Source: Acidobacteriota bacterium (GTDB lineage: Bacteria > Acidobacteriota > Thermoanaerobaculia > Gp7-AA8). From it: a stretch of DNA of 64,000 bases. Both the position numbers and the translations under genes were made by a program. The stretch lies in NCBI GenBank assembly GCA_003223645.1, contig QHVT01000004.1:59334-123333 (forward strand), read 5' to 3'. A model generated the notes under the pieces. It worked only from the letters and a program-made list of their open reading frames with translations, was not told where the DNA came from and ran no database searches. Below are positions 22,305 through 31,697 of this stretch, one piece after another (position 1 is the first letter of the stretch; each line of letters begins with the position of its first letter).

Positions 22305-22355
22305 TGTAGGGCAGGCTTTCCAGCCTGCCACCAGGGGGCGGGCTGGAAAGCCCGC
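22305..22355. repeat. Palindromic element of CAGGCTTTCCAGCCTG type; second copy at 49895-49950
   Basis: gcaggctttccagcctgccaccagggggcgggctggaaagcccgc here; ggacaggctttccagcctgtcctccggggcgcaggctggaaagcctgcgc at 49895. Confidence 0.7.
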
Positions 22356-22378
22356 ATCACACCCACAATCGTTCTCTC

Positions 22379-22450
22379 CGCCATCCGCCATCCGCCATCC
22401 GCCATCCGCCATCCGCCATCCGCCATCTGCCATCTGCCATCTGCCATCTG
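22379..22450. repeat. Single-arm tandem heptamer array (GCCATCC)5(GCCATCT)5 in the moeA/padR divergent region
   Basis: Direct reading of ccatccgccatccgcc...atctgccatctgccatctg. Same heptamer as the hairpin family at 26597, 28066, 48498 and 60308. Confidence 0.9.
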
Positions 22451-22467
22451 GTCAATATAGCCACCAT

Positions 22468-22842
22468 GTGTATAATCGTCGCGTGTATAGCCAGGATGAG
22501 ATCGACTCGCTGCTTCCGCTGCCACCCGCCACGTTCCACATCCTCGTCGCGCTGAGCGACGGGGAGCGTCACGGATACGCGATCATTCAGGACGTCGAGT
22601 CGTCCACCGACGGCGAGCTGCGGCTCTCCGCCGGCACGCTCTATCGCTCGATCGCGCGCATGGTCGAGCAGGGACTGATCGCCGAGACCACGAAGAAATC
22701 CTCGCGCCGCGACGACGATCAGCGCCGCCGCTACTACCACGTCACTTCGTTCGGCACCGCCGTCGCGCGCGCCGAGATGCGCCGCCTCACCCGCCTCGTC
22801 CGCCTCGGCCGCGCCAGCGGCCTCACTCCGGAGAACGTCTGA
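22468..22842 (+). CDS. PadR-family transcriptional regulator
   Basis: LPLPPATFHILVALSDGERHGYAIIQDVE...LSAGTLYRSIARMVEQGLI is the PadR winged helix. GTG start at 22468 or 22483; a TATAAT at 22471-22476 suggests a short or leaderless transcript. Stop overlaps the next gene's ATG (TGATG). Confidence 0.8.
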   Translation: MYNRRVYSQDEIDSLLPLPPATFHILVALSDGERHGYAIIQDVESSTDGELRLSAGTLYRSIARMVEQGLIAETTKKSSRRDDDQRRRYYHVTSFGTAVARAEMRRLTRLVRLGRASGLTPENV

Positions 22843-25409
22843 TGCGCTTCTATCGCCTGCTCCTGCATCTCTATCCATCCACATTCAGCCGCGACTACGA
22901 AGACGAACTGACGGACGTCTTCCGCGAGCGCGTGCGCGGCGCGAACCTGCTGCGCGTGCTCTTCGCCGCAATGGCCGACATCGTGCCGAACGCGATCGCC
23001 GCGCATTGGGAGCTGCTCGTCTTCGATCTCCGCTTCGCATTCCGCTCGCTGATGCGCACGCCGGGCTTCGCGATGACCGCGATCCTCGTCGCCGCCCTCG
23101 GCGTCGGCGCAAACACGGTTGCGTTCTCGCTCGCCGACTTCGTCCTCTTCCGCCCGCTGCCGCTCGTGCGCGCGGACCGGCTCGTGAAAATCTGGGAAAA
23201 GCCGCCCGACGGCAGCCGCAACGAAATGTCGCCGGCGAACTATCGCGACTTCACGACCGGCGCGCGCTCGTTCAGCGGCACGGCGGCGTACTCGCACCGG
23301 ACGGCGAATCTCACCGAGCAGGGCGAGCCGAGGCGAGTGGACCTGACGCTGGCGACTCCGGAGCTCCTGCCGCTGCTCGGCGTGCAGCCGATTCTCGGAC
23401 GTACGTTCACGGCTGCGGACGCAACGTCGACGGACACGGTCGTGCTCAGCTACGGACTCTGGAAGTCGCAGTTCGGCGGCGACCGCGCGATCCTCGGCCG
23501 CGTCGTCCGCCTCGACGGCACGCCGCACACCGTCATCGGCGTGATGCCGGCATCGTTTCAGTTTCCGACTCGCGATAGCGAAGGTTGGATCCCGCTCACG
23601 TTCCGCGAAGAAAACTACCAGGATCGCACCGACACGTTTCTCGAAGTCGTCGCGCGTCTGCGCGACGGCGTATCGATCGAGCAGGCGCGCAGCGAGATCG
23701 AAGTGCGCGCGAAAAATGTCGAGCGCAAGAATCCGAAAGATAACGAAGGCCTCGGCGCGTGGGTGATGGACCTGCGCGGCGAGACGCCGCGCAACGCGCG
23801 CATGCTCGTCCTCGCGCTTTGCGGCGCAGCTGTCTGCATCCTGCTGCTTTCCTGCGCGAACCTCGCGAGCCTTTTCCTCGCGCGCGGCACGCATCGCGCG
23901 CGCGAGCTCGCCGTTCGCTCCGCGCTCGGCGCGGGACGCGAGCGCATCGTGCGGCAGCTGATGACCGAGAGTTTCGTCGTCTCCGCGATCGGCGGCATCG
24001 TCGGCATCATCGCCGCCGCACTCGCGGTGCCGCTGTTCGCGAAGCTGGTCCCGAGAACGCTGCCGGTCGCCAACTATCCGAGCATCGACCTGCGCGTCCT
24101 GGCGATGGCCATCGGCTTCGTTCTCGTCACCGGACTCGCCTTCGGCGTGTTGCCGGCGATGCGCGCGTCGCGCGGAAGCGACTTCGACGCGCTGCGCACC
24201 GGAGTACGGAGTGGCGGCGGACGGACGCAACGTTTGCGATCGGTGCTCGTCGTCATCGAGATCGTCGCGTCGGTCGTGTTGATGATCTCCTCCGGACTGC
24301 TGCTGCGCGCGGTGTGGAACATTCAAAACCGAGCGCCGGGATTCAGTGCGGACAACGTACTGGTTGTCGGCACCGCTCTGCCGATGCCGAAATACGAAAA
24401 CGTCGCGCCGCGCGCGCGCTTTTACGAACAGGTGCTGAGCGAAGTGCGCGCGCTGCCCGGCGTAAAGAGCGCCGCGTACATCACCGGCCTGCCGATGCAG
24501 ATGACCGGCGGCATCTGGGCCGTCGGCATCAACGGTCAGGAACCGATCCGCAACGGCGACTACGACGTGAGTCTTCGCTACGCGACGCCGCAGTTTTTCG
24601 CGACGTTGCAGATTCCGCTGCTGCGTGGACGCGACATCGCGAACGCCGACGATCAAACGCATCCGAGCGTCGCCGTCGTCAGCGACTCGTTCGTCAAACA
24701 GTACTGGCCGGGACAGGACCCGATCGGCAAGCAGTTCAAAGTCGCGACGATGGACCGCACGATCGTCGGCGTCGTCGGCGACTTGAAAGTGCGCGGACTC
24801 GAGCGCCAGAGCGAGCCGCAGGTGTATCTGCCGTACCAGCAGGTGAAAGACGGCGACATCATCGGATACACGCCGAAGAAGCTGGTCGTGCGCACGGCCG
24901 GTGCGACGCAATCCCTCGTCACTCCGATCCGTCACATCGTGCAGCGCGCCGATCCGGAACAGCCGCTGTCGGACATCAAAACGATGGAGACGATCCTCAG
25001 CGACGACACCGCCGCGCGCGTCACACAAGTGCGACTGCTGGGCGCGCTCGCTGCGATCGCGCTGCTCATCGCCGGCATCGGCATCCACGGACTGCTCACC
25101 TACAACGTCTCGCGACGTGTGCCCGAGATCGGCGTGCGTCGCGCGCTCGGCGCGCAAGTCAGCGGCATCGTCGCGCTCGTCGTGCGCGAAGGCGTCGTCA
25201 TGGCCACGGTCGGTGTCGCGATCGGCGCGTTGCTCGCGTACGGAGCCGCGCGCTCGATGGCCGCGCTGCTCGCGGGCATCCGCCCCGCGGATCCGCTCAC
25301 GTTCACGCTCGCGTCGTTGCTCTGCGTCGCGACCGTGCTCGTGGGTTGCGCGCGCGCGGCGCTGCGGGCCGCCCATGTTGATCCGGCCCGCGCCCTGCGC
25401 GTCGAATAG
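22842..25409 (+). CDS. ADOP-family permease (FtsX-like with MacB-type periplasmic domain), PadR-associated
   Basis: 855 aa. N-terminal MRFYRLLLHLYPSTFSRDYEDEL...FDLRFAFRSL (ADOP signature), two FtsX 4-TM modules. Confidence 0.9.
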   Translation: MRFYRLLLHLYPSTFSRDYEDELTDVFRERVRGANLLRVLFAAMADIVPNAIAAHWELLVFDLRFAFRSLMRTPGFAMTAILVAALGVGANTVAFSLADFVLFRPLPLVRADRLVKIWEKPPDGSRNEMSPANYRDFTTGARSFSGTAAYSHRTANLTEQGEPRRVDLTLATPELLPLLGVQPILGRTFTAADATSTDTVVLSYGLWKSQFGGDRAILGRVVRLDGTPHTVIGVMPASFQFPTRDSEGWIPLTFREENYQDRTDTFLEVVARLRDGVSIEQARSEIEVRAKNVERKNPKDNEGLGAWVMDLRGETPRNARMLVLALCGAAVCILLLSCANLASLFLARGTHRARELAVRSALGAGRERIVRQLMTESFVVSAIGGIVGIIAAALAVPLFAKLVPRTLPVANYPSIDLRVLAMAIGFVLVTGLAFGVLPAMRASRGSDFDALRTGVRSGGGRTQRLRSVLVVIEIVASVVLMISSGLLLRAVWNIQNRAPGFSADNVLVVGTALPMPKYENVAPRARFYEQVLSEVRALPGVKSAAYITGLPMQMTGGIWAVGINGQEPIRNGDYDVSLRYATPQFFATLQIPLLRGRDIANADDQTHPSVAVVSDSFVKQYWPGQDPIGKQFKVATMDRTIVGVVGDLKVRGLERQSEPQVYLPYQQVKDGDIIGYTPKKLVVRTAGATQSLVTPIRHIVQRADPEQPLSDIKTMETILSDDTAARVTQVRLLGALAAIALLIAGIGIHGLLTYNVSRRVPEIGVRRALGAQVSGIVALVVREGVVMATVGVAIGALLAYGAARSMAALLAGIRPADPLTFTLASLLCVATVLVGCARAALRAAHVDPARALRVE

Positions 25410-25505
25410 TGAGCGGCGGCCGCCCTCGGCCGCCGAAGGGTTCCCGGCGCCCAAGGGCGGGCGCTGCTCCACTATAGAATCGCTTTTTGCAAGGGAGCCC
25501 ATCCG

Positions 25506-26594
25506 ATGACTGCCACTCTTCCGCTCGAATCGCAGACCACGGCGACGCGCACCGATCGCATTCCGGTCGCCGTTCTCGGCGCCACCGGCTCCGTCGGGCA
25601 GCGATTCATCCAGCTCCTCGAAAACCATCCGTGGTTTCGCCTCCACGAAGTGGTCGCGTCCGAGCGCAGCGCCGGAAAAACGTACGGCGACGCCGCCGAC
25701 TGGCGACTCGACTCGCTCCTGCCGCGTGACGCGTCGAAGCTGATCGTCAAAGACCTCGGCGCCGGTCTCGAGTCGCGCCTTCTTTTCTCAGGGCTCGATT
25801 CCTCGGTTGCAGGCGAAGCCGAGGAGGAGTACGCGAATCGCGGATGCGCCGTCATCTCCAACTCGCGCAATCACCGCATGGATGACGACGTGCCGCTGCT
25901 GATTCCCGAGATCAATGCCGATCACGTCGGCGCGATCGAAGTGCAGCGGAAACGGCGGCTCGGATACATCGTCACGAACCCGAACTGCAGCGTGATGGGA
26001 CTGGCGATGGTCCTCGCGCCGCTCGAGCGCGCATTCGGCGTCGACAAGGTGCAAGTCACGACCATGCAGGCGATCTCCGGCGCGGGCTATGCCGGCGTCG
26101 CGTCGTACGCGATCCTCGACAACGTGATCCCGTTCATCGGCGGCGGCGAGGAAGACAAGATCGAGAAAGAGCCGCGCAAGATCCTCGGCAAGTGGGACGG
26201 CGCGCATCACATCGACGCGCAGATGACGATCTCCGCGCAGGTGAATCGCGTCCCGACGATCGACGGACATCTGATGACGATCTCCGTGAAGCTGCGCGAC
26301 CATGCGTCGGTTGAAGACGTGCGCGCAGCGATCGAGTCGTTCAGCGGCGAGCCGCAAGCGCTCGGACTTCCATTCGCGCCCAAACATCCGCTGCACTACA
26401 TCGACGCGCCCGACCGTCCGCAGCCGCGGCTCGATCGCGATCGCGAGCGCGGCATGGCCGTCAGCGTCGGCCGCCTCCGCCCGTGCAACGTGCTCGACCT
26501 GCGCATGGTCGCGCTCGTGCACAACACGATTCGCGGCGCCGCGGGCGCGGCGATCCTCAACGCGGAGCTGTTGCAGGCGCGGGGACTGCTGTGA
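25506..26594 (+). CDS. asd: Aspartate-semialdehyde dehydrogenase
   Basis: VLGATGSVGQRF NAD(P) motif, active-site NPNCS, SGAG. Confidence 0.9.
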   Translation: MTATLPLESQTTATRTDRIPVAVLGATGSVGQRFIQLLENHPWFRLHEVVASERSAGKTYGDAADWRLDSLLPRDASKLIVKDLGAGLESRLLFSGLDSSVAGEAEEEYANRGCAVISNSRNHRMDDDVPLLIPEINADHVGAIEVQRKRRLGYIVTNPNCSVMGLAMVLAPLERAFGVDKVQVTTMQAISGAGYAGVASYAILDNVIPFIGGGEEDKIEKEPRKILGKWDGAHHIDAQMTISAQVNRVPTIDGHLMTISVKLRDHASVEDVRAAIESFSGEPQALGLPFAPKHPLHYIDAPDRPQPRLDRDRERGMAVSVGRLRPCNVLDLRMVALVHNTIRGAAGAAILNAELLQARGLL

Positions 26595-26596
26595 GG

Positions 26597-26690
26597 CGAC
26601 GGATGGCGGATGGCAGATGGCGGATGGCAGAAGCGCCACACGGGTGGCGGGGCCATCTGCCATCTGCCATCTGCCATCGGGACGGGCGGC
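26597..26690. repeat. Hairpin element with heptamer-repeat arms: (GGATGGCR)x4 - loop agaagcgccacacgggtggcgggg - (CCATCTG)x3
   Basis: Between asd and lysC. The arms are reverse complements built from GGATGGC/GCCATCY units. Confidence 0.9.
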
Positions 26691-26694
26691 AGCG

Positions 26695-28062
26695 ATGATC
26701 GTCATCAAGTTCGGCGGCACCTCGGTCGGCGACGCGGACCGCGTCGCGAATGCGATCGAGATCGTCGCCGAGCGCAGGCAGCGCAAGCCGATCGTCGTCG
26801 TCTCCGCGCTCTCCGGCGTCACGAACAACCTCGTCGATGCGTCCGAGGCCGCGTGCTCGCAGGACCCGAAGCGCGTGCGCGAGATCATCGCCGCGGTGCG
26901 CCAGCGGCACGAAGACGTCGCGCTGCAGCTCGTGCAGCAGAAGTCCGATTTCTTCGAGTCGTTCATCAAGCAGCTCGACAAACAGATCGAGGAGATCGAC
27001 ACGATCCTGCGCGGCATCGCGCTCCTCGGCGAGATCACGCCGCGCGCGCGCGACAAAGTGATGTCGATCGGCGAGAAGCTGTCATCCGTCCTGTTCGCGT
27101 ACACGATGATGATGCGCGCGCTGCCGGGCGAGCATGTGCATTCCGAGGAAGTGATCTGGACCGATGACCGCTTCGGCGGCGCGACGCCGGACATGGCGAA
27201 GACGCGCGACGCCGCGCAGCGCGTGCTGATGCCGCTCCTCGAGCGCAATCGCATTCCGGTGATGGGCGGCTTCATCGGCCGCACCGAAGCCGGCGCGACG
27301 ACCACGCTCGGACGCAACGGATCGGATTACAGCGCCGCGATCGTCGGCGCGGCCCTCGGCGCAAGCGAAGTGCAGATCTGGACGGACGTCGACGGACTGC
27401 TCACGTGCGATCCGCGCCTCGTGCGCGGCGCGCGCGTCATCGATCGCCTGTCGTTCGACGAAGCCGCGGAGCTCGCATCGTTCGGCGCGAAGCTGCATCC
27501 GCGCACGCTCGAGCCGGCAATCGCGGAGAACGTTCCGGTGCGCGTCCTCAACACGCACAACCCCGCTTCGCAGGGGACGCTGATCACGCGCGTCGTCGAG
27601 AACGCGCCCGCCGGGCCGCGCTCGATTGCGCGCAAGAAAGGCATTGCCGTCGTGCACATCTCGTCGAACAAGATGCTCGGCGCACACGGATTTCTCGCGC
27701 GCCTCTTCGACGAATTCGAGCGGCTCGCGATCTCGGTCGATCTCATCACGACGTCCGAAGTGTCGGTGTCCGTGACGGTCGACGACACGCAGAACCTCGA
27801 CAAACTGGAAGCGCGCTTGCGCGAAGTCGCGGACGTGAACGTCGAAGCCGATCAGTGTGTCATCGCTGTCGTCGGAACGGACCTCCTCGCCGATTCCGCT
27901 GTCGGCGTGCGCGTGTTCGAGGCGCTCCGCGGCATTCGCCTGAAGATGGTCTCCCTCGGACGCTCCGGTCTCAATCTCAGCCTCGTCGTCGACAACGCCG
28001 ACGCCGATCGCGCGGTCGAGTCGATTCATCACGCGCTCTTCGAGGCGCCCGTCGCCGTATGA
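26695..28062 (+). CDS. lysC: Aspartate kinase
   Basis: MIVIKFGGTSV, VVSALSGVTN; C-terminal ACT domains. Confidence 0.9.
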   Translation: MIVIKFGGTSVGDADRVANAIEIVAERRQRKPIVVVSALSGVTNNLVDASEAACSQDPKRVREIIAAVRQRHEDVALQLVQQKSDFFESFIKQLDKQIEEIDTILRGIALLGEITPRARDKVMSIGEKLSSVLFAYTMMMRALPGEHVHSEEVIWTDDRFGGATPDMAKTRDAAQRVLMPLLERNRIPVMGGFIGRTEAGATTTLGRNGSDYSAAIVGAALGASEVQIWTDVDGLLTCDPRLVRGARVIDRLSFDEAAELASFGAKLHPRTLEPAIAENVPVRVLNTHNPASQGTLITRVVENAPAGPRSIARKKGIAVVHISSNKMLGAHGFLARLFDEFERLAISVDLITTSEVSVSVTVDDTQNLDKLEARLREVADVNVEADQCVIAVVGTDLLADSAVGVRVFEALRGIRLKMVSLGRSGLNLSLVVDNADADRAVESIHHALFEAPVAV

Positions 28063-28065
28063 GAG

Positions 28066-28150
28066 GCGGATGGCAGATGGCAGATGGCGGATGGCAGAAG
28101 AGGGTGCCGGGTGGTGGGGCCATCTGCGATCCGCCATCTGCCATCCGGGA
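28066..28150. repeat. Heptamer-armed hairpin (GGATGGCR)n - loop agaagagggtgccgggtggtgggg - (CCATCYG)n
   Basis: Between lysC and dapB. Same architecture as 26597-26690. Confidence 0.9.
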
Positions 28151-28159
28151 GGACGTGCG

Positions 28160-28798
28160 GTGAAGATCGCGCTGCACGGCTACGGCAAGATGGGACACGC
28201 CGTCGAGCGCGTCGCGAAGGAAACGGGACACGAGATCGTGCAGCCGGCCGACGCCGTGGTGCTGATCGATTTCTCTAACGCGAGCGTGCTCGATCGCGCG
28301 ATCGCGACCGCGATCGACAACCACCTCGACCTCGTCATCGGCACGACCGGCTGGAACGATCGCCTCGACGAAGTGCGCGACCGCGTGAAGAACATCGGCT
28401 GCGTCTACGCATCGAATTTTTCGCCCGGCGCAAATGCCGTGTTCGCGCTGGCGCGGCGCGCGGGAGAACTGTTCGCGCGCTTCCCGCAATACGCGGCGGG
28501 GATGGAAGAGCGGCATCACGCGCAGAAGAAAGACGCGCCGAGCGGAACGGCGCTGCGCATTGCGTCCGAGGTGCAGCAGGGAAGCGGGGGAACATTCGAT
28601 CCGCCGATCGCGGCGCTGCGCGTCGGCGCGGAATTCGGACTGCACACGCTCTACTTCGACTCGCCCGATGATCTCGTCGAGATCACGCATCGCGCGCGCG
28701 GCCGCGACGGATTCGCGCGCGGCGCGATCTTTGCGGCGGAGCTCGTGCGAGGGAAAAAGGGATTGTTTCGATTTGATGAATTGCTGGGAAGGGAATAG
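28160..28798 (+). CDS. dapB: 4-hydroxy-tetrahydrodipicolinate reductase (short form)
   Basis: GTG 28160 preceded by gggagg. VKIALHGYGKMG NAD motif, later GTTGW, HHAQKKDAPSGTA. Confidence 0.85.
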   Translation: MKIALHGYGKMGHAVERVAKETGHEIVQPADAVVLIDFSNASVLDRAIATAIDNHLDLVIGTTGWNDRLDEVRDRVKNIGCVYASNFSPGANAVFALARRAGELFARFPQYAAGMEERHHAQKKDAPSGTALRIASEVQQGSGGTFDPPIAALRVGAEFGLHTLYFDSPDDLVEITHRARGRDGFARGAIFAAELVRGKKGLFRFDELLGRE

Positions 28799-28872
28799 GA
28801 CAAATAGGACCTCTAGGACAGATAGGACGCCGATGTCCTATGCGTCCTATCTGTCCTATTCGTCCTAGTTGG
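28799..28872. repeat. Hairpin with (ATAGGAC)n / (GTCCTAT)n repeat arms
   Basis: ggacaaataggacctctaggacagataggacgccgatgtcctatgcgtcctatctgtcctattcgtcctag. A related element lies at 52193-52290. Confidence 0.9.
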
Positions 28873-28882
28873 AGTTAAACAC

Positions 28883-29764
28883 ATGTTTCGTGGCGTCGGC
28901 ACCGCACTGGTCACTCCGTTCCAATCCGACGGCACCCTCGATGAGGGCGCGCTGGCGCGTTTCGTCGATTGGCAAATCGATGAAGGCGTGAACTTTCTCG
29001 TGCCGTGCGGCACCACCGGCGAGAATCCGGCGCTGAGCGCGGAGGAACATCGCCGCGTCGTCGAGATCACGGTGCAGCGCGCGAAGGGGCGCGTGCCCGT
29101 CCTCGCCGGCGCGGGCAACAACAACACAGCGCGCGCGGTCGAGCTCGCGGAGCTCGCCATCGACCTCGGCGCCGACGGCGCGCTCACGATCACGCCGTAC
29201 TACAACAAGCCGACACCCGACGGACTGCGGCGGCACTTCGGCGCGCAGGCCGAGGCGATCGAGAAAAAGAAAAGCGGCTTCCCGATGGTCATGTACAACG
29301 TTCCCGGACGCACGGGACTGAACATGACGGCGGAGACGACGCTGCGCATGGCGCGCGAGATCCCGAACATCTGCGGCGTGAAAGAAGCGTCGGGAAACAT
29401 GGAGCAGATCCTCACGATCCTCCGCGATCGTCCCGAAGGATTCCTCGTCATCAGCGGCGACGACGCGTGGACGCTGCCGCTGCTGGCAATGGGCGGCGAC
29501 GGCGTGGTCTCGGTCGCGAGCAACGAAGTGCCGCGGCTGATGCGGCAGATGGTCGACCGTCGCGACCTCGACATTCACAATCGATTGCTGCCGCTGCTGA
29601 CCGGCAACTTCATCGAGTCGAGTCCGATCCCGGTGAAGACCGCGCTGAAGATGATGGGCATCCTCGAAAGTGATACGGTTCGTCCGCCGCTCGCGCCGAT
29701 TACCGACGCGAATCGCAAGAAACTCGAGGCGATCCTGCGCGAATGCGGCCTCTTGCCGTCATGA
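28883..29764 (+). CDS. dapA: 4-hydroxy-tetrahydrodipicolinate synthase
   Basis: ALVTPF, GTTGE, active-site Lys region (YNVP...K). Stop overlaps the dapD start (ATGA). Confidence 0.9.
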   Translation: MFRGVGTALVTPFQSDGTLDEGALARFVDWQIDEGVNFLVPCGTTGENPALSAEEHRRVVEITVQRAKGRVPVLAGAGNNNTARAVELAELAIDLGADGALTITPYYNKPTPDGLRRHFGAQAEAIEKKKSGFPMVMYNVPGRTGLNMTAETTLRMAREIPNICGVKEASGNMEQILTILRDRPEGFLVISGDDAWTLPLLAMGGDGVVSVASNEVPRLMRQMVDRRDLDIHNRLLPLLTGNFIESSPIPVKTALKMMGILESDTVRPPLAPITDANRKKLEAILRECGLLPS

Positions 29765-30591
29765 TCACCATCGAAGAGCGCGTGAAAGCGCTGAAGACGT
29801 ACACCGAGCGCGATCGCCCCGAGGCGGTCAAGACGATCAGTCTGCTGCTCGTCGAATTGGAGAAAGGGAACGCGCGAGCGGCCGCGCGCGACGAAGACGG
29901 CGTGTGGCGCGCGAACACGTGGGTGAAGGAAGGAATCCTCGCCGCGTTTCGCTGGGGCGTCGCCGCCGAGTTCGCGTCGGGTGCACTGTCGTTCGTCGAC
30001 AAAGACACGATCCCGCCGCGTCGCTTCAAGGCCGCCGACGGAATCCGCATCGTGCCCGGCGGCTCGTCGATCCGGCGCGGCTCATACATCGCCAGGAGCG
30101 TGGTCATGATGCCGCCCGCGTTCGTCAACGTGGGCGCGTACGTCGACGAGAAGACGATGATCGATTCTCATGCGCTGGTCGGCTCGTGCGCGCAAATCGG
30201 CAAAGGCGTGCACATTTCCGCGGCCACGCAGATCGGCGGCGTGCTCGAGCCGGTCGGAAGTCTGCCGGTCATCATCGAAGACGACGTGATGGTCGGCGGC
30301 AACTGCGGTATTTACGAAGGAACCGTCGTGCGCTCGCGCGCCGTCATCGGCGCAGGTGTCGTGCTCACGAAATCGACGCGCGTCTACGACCTGGTGCGCG
30401 GCCAGATCTATCGCGGCAGCGCCGAGCGCCCGCTGGAAATTCCGTACGCCGCGGTCGTCATTCCGGGTTCGCGTCCGGCGGAAGGCACGTTCGCCGAAGA
30501 ACACGGTCTCAATATCGCGACGCCAATCATCGTGAAGTACCGCGACGACAAAACCGACGGCGCGACGGCGCTGGAAGAAGCCCTTCGGTGA
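29761..30591 (+). CDS. dapD: Tetrahydrodipicolinate N-succinyltransferase (hexapeptide-repeat acyltransferase; DapD-like)
   Basis: Left-handed beta-helix hexapeptide repeats ([40 protein letters not shown]...). Operon context between dapA and an aminotransferase. Confidence 0.75.
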   Translation: MITIEERVKALKTYTERDRPEAVKTISLLLVELEKGNARAAARDEDGVWRANTWVKEGILAAFRWGVAAEFASGALSFVDKDTIPPRRFKAADGIRIVPGGSSIRRGSYIARSVVMMPPAFVNVGAYVDEKTMIDSHALVGSCAQIGKGVHISAATQIGGVLEPVGSLPVIIEDDVMVGGNCGIYEGTVVRSRAVIGAGVVLTKSTRVYDLVRGQIYRGSAERPLEIPYAAVVIPGSRPAEGTFAEEHGLNIATPIIVKYRDDKTDGATALEEALR

Positions 30592-31697
30592 AAGCCGATC
30601 GCCTCGCGAACATCGAGCTCTCGCTCATCCGCCAGATCAACGCGCTCGCCACGCCCTACTCCATCAACCTCGGCATCGGCGAGCCGAATCTCGCGCCCGA
30701 TGACACGCTGCGCGAATTCGCCGCGCGCGCCGCGACGCTGCCGTGGCAATACTCCGCGAACGCGGGCACGCTGTCGCTGCGCAAGAAATTGTGCGAGGGA
30801 ACGGAGTTCGATCCGAAGACCGAGGCGTGCGTCACCGCGGGCACGCAGGAAGCGCTGTTCGCGATCTTCACCGCGTACGTGAATCCCGGCGACGAAGTGC
30901 TCGTGCCGAATCCCGGCTTCGTGTCGTACGCGACGCTCGCGCGCATCTGCGGCGCAACGCCCGTTACGTATCAGCTCGATCCGCCGGAGTGGCACATTGA
31001 CGTCGACGCGCTGCGAAAAAAGATCACGCCGAAGACGAAGCTGATCGTCGTCAACTCGCCGTCGAATCCCCTCGGCTCGGTGATCGATCGCGAGACATTG
31101 CAGGTGATCGCGGACACCGGCGTGCTCGTCGTCAGCGATGAGATCTATCGCGAGATCTGGTACGACGCGTGGCCGGCGTCGATGGTCGGCATGGGCGACA
31201 ACGTGATCCTGATGAACGGCCTCTCGAAGAGCCACGGCATGACCGGCCTGCGCCTCGGGTGGATTCTCGCGCGCGCCGATGTGATGCAGCCGATCGTCAC
31301 CGCGCATCAGTACATCGCCACGTGCGCGTCCGTTTTCTCGCAGGCGCTCGCGGAGATGATCTTCGATCATCGCGAATGGAACGAGCAGTGGCTCGCCGGC
31401 GTGCGCGAGCAGTTCGCGGCGCAGCGCGAAGCAGCGTTGTACGCGATCCGCCACGAGCTCGACACCGAGCTCGATCCGCCACGCGGCGCGTTCTACGCGT
31501 TCGTGCCGATGCCTGCGTGCAACACGGTGGAGACCGCGAAAGAGCTCGCGACCGACGCCGCGGTGCTCGTGATTCCGGGAATCGCGTTCGGGAAAATGGG
31601 ACAGGGATTCGTGCGGGTCTCGTACGCCGCGCCCGTCGATCAGATAGCGACCGGAATCGAGCGCATCGGACGATGGTTGCGCGCAAAGGAAAGATGA
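30588..31697 (+). CDS. Class I/II PLP-dependent aminotransferase, likely N-succinyl-diaminopimelate aminotransferase
   Basis: GTG start overlapping the dapD stop (GTGA). [22 protein letters not shown] (PLP lysine), fold-type I. Confidence 0.8.
   Translation: MKADRLANIELSLIRQINALATPYSINLGIGEPNLAPDDTLREFAARAATLPWQYSANAGTLSLRKKLCEGTEFDPKTEACVTAGTQEALFAIFTAYVNPGDEVLVPNPGFVSYATLARICGATPVTYQLDPPEWHIDVDALRKKITPKTKLIVVNSPSNPLGSVIDRETLQVIADTGVLVVSDEIYREIWYDAWPASMVGMGDNVILMNGLSKSHGMTGLRLGWILARADVMQPIVTAHQYIATCASVFSQALAEMIFDHREWNEQWLAGVREQFAAQREAALYAIRHELDTELDPPRGAFYAFVPMPACNTVETAKELATDAAVLVIPGIAFGKMGQGFVRVSYAAPVDQIATGIERIGRWLRAKER

Noticed and set aside
22138-22460. ORFs translating as MADGRWQMADGGW / SAICHLPSAI (many entries in the six-frame track around 22400, 26600, 28100, 48500, 60300)
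   Set aside because: They are translations of the GGATGGC/GCCATCT heptamer repeats in both orientations, with no independent coding evidence. They mainly inflate the 5' ends of real ORFs (moeA, lysC, dapB, the lipoprotein, GNAT).
25410-25505. Lysine riboswitch (L-box) upstream of asd/lysC
   Set aside because: The available leader is <100 nt and dominated by a palindromic repeat; an L-box needs ~180 nt with conserved helices. The asd-lysC gap is filled by the heptamer hairpin. This was not verified by a covariance model.
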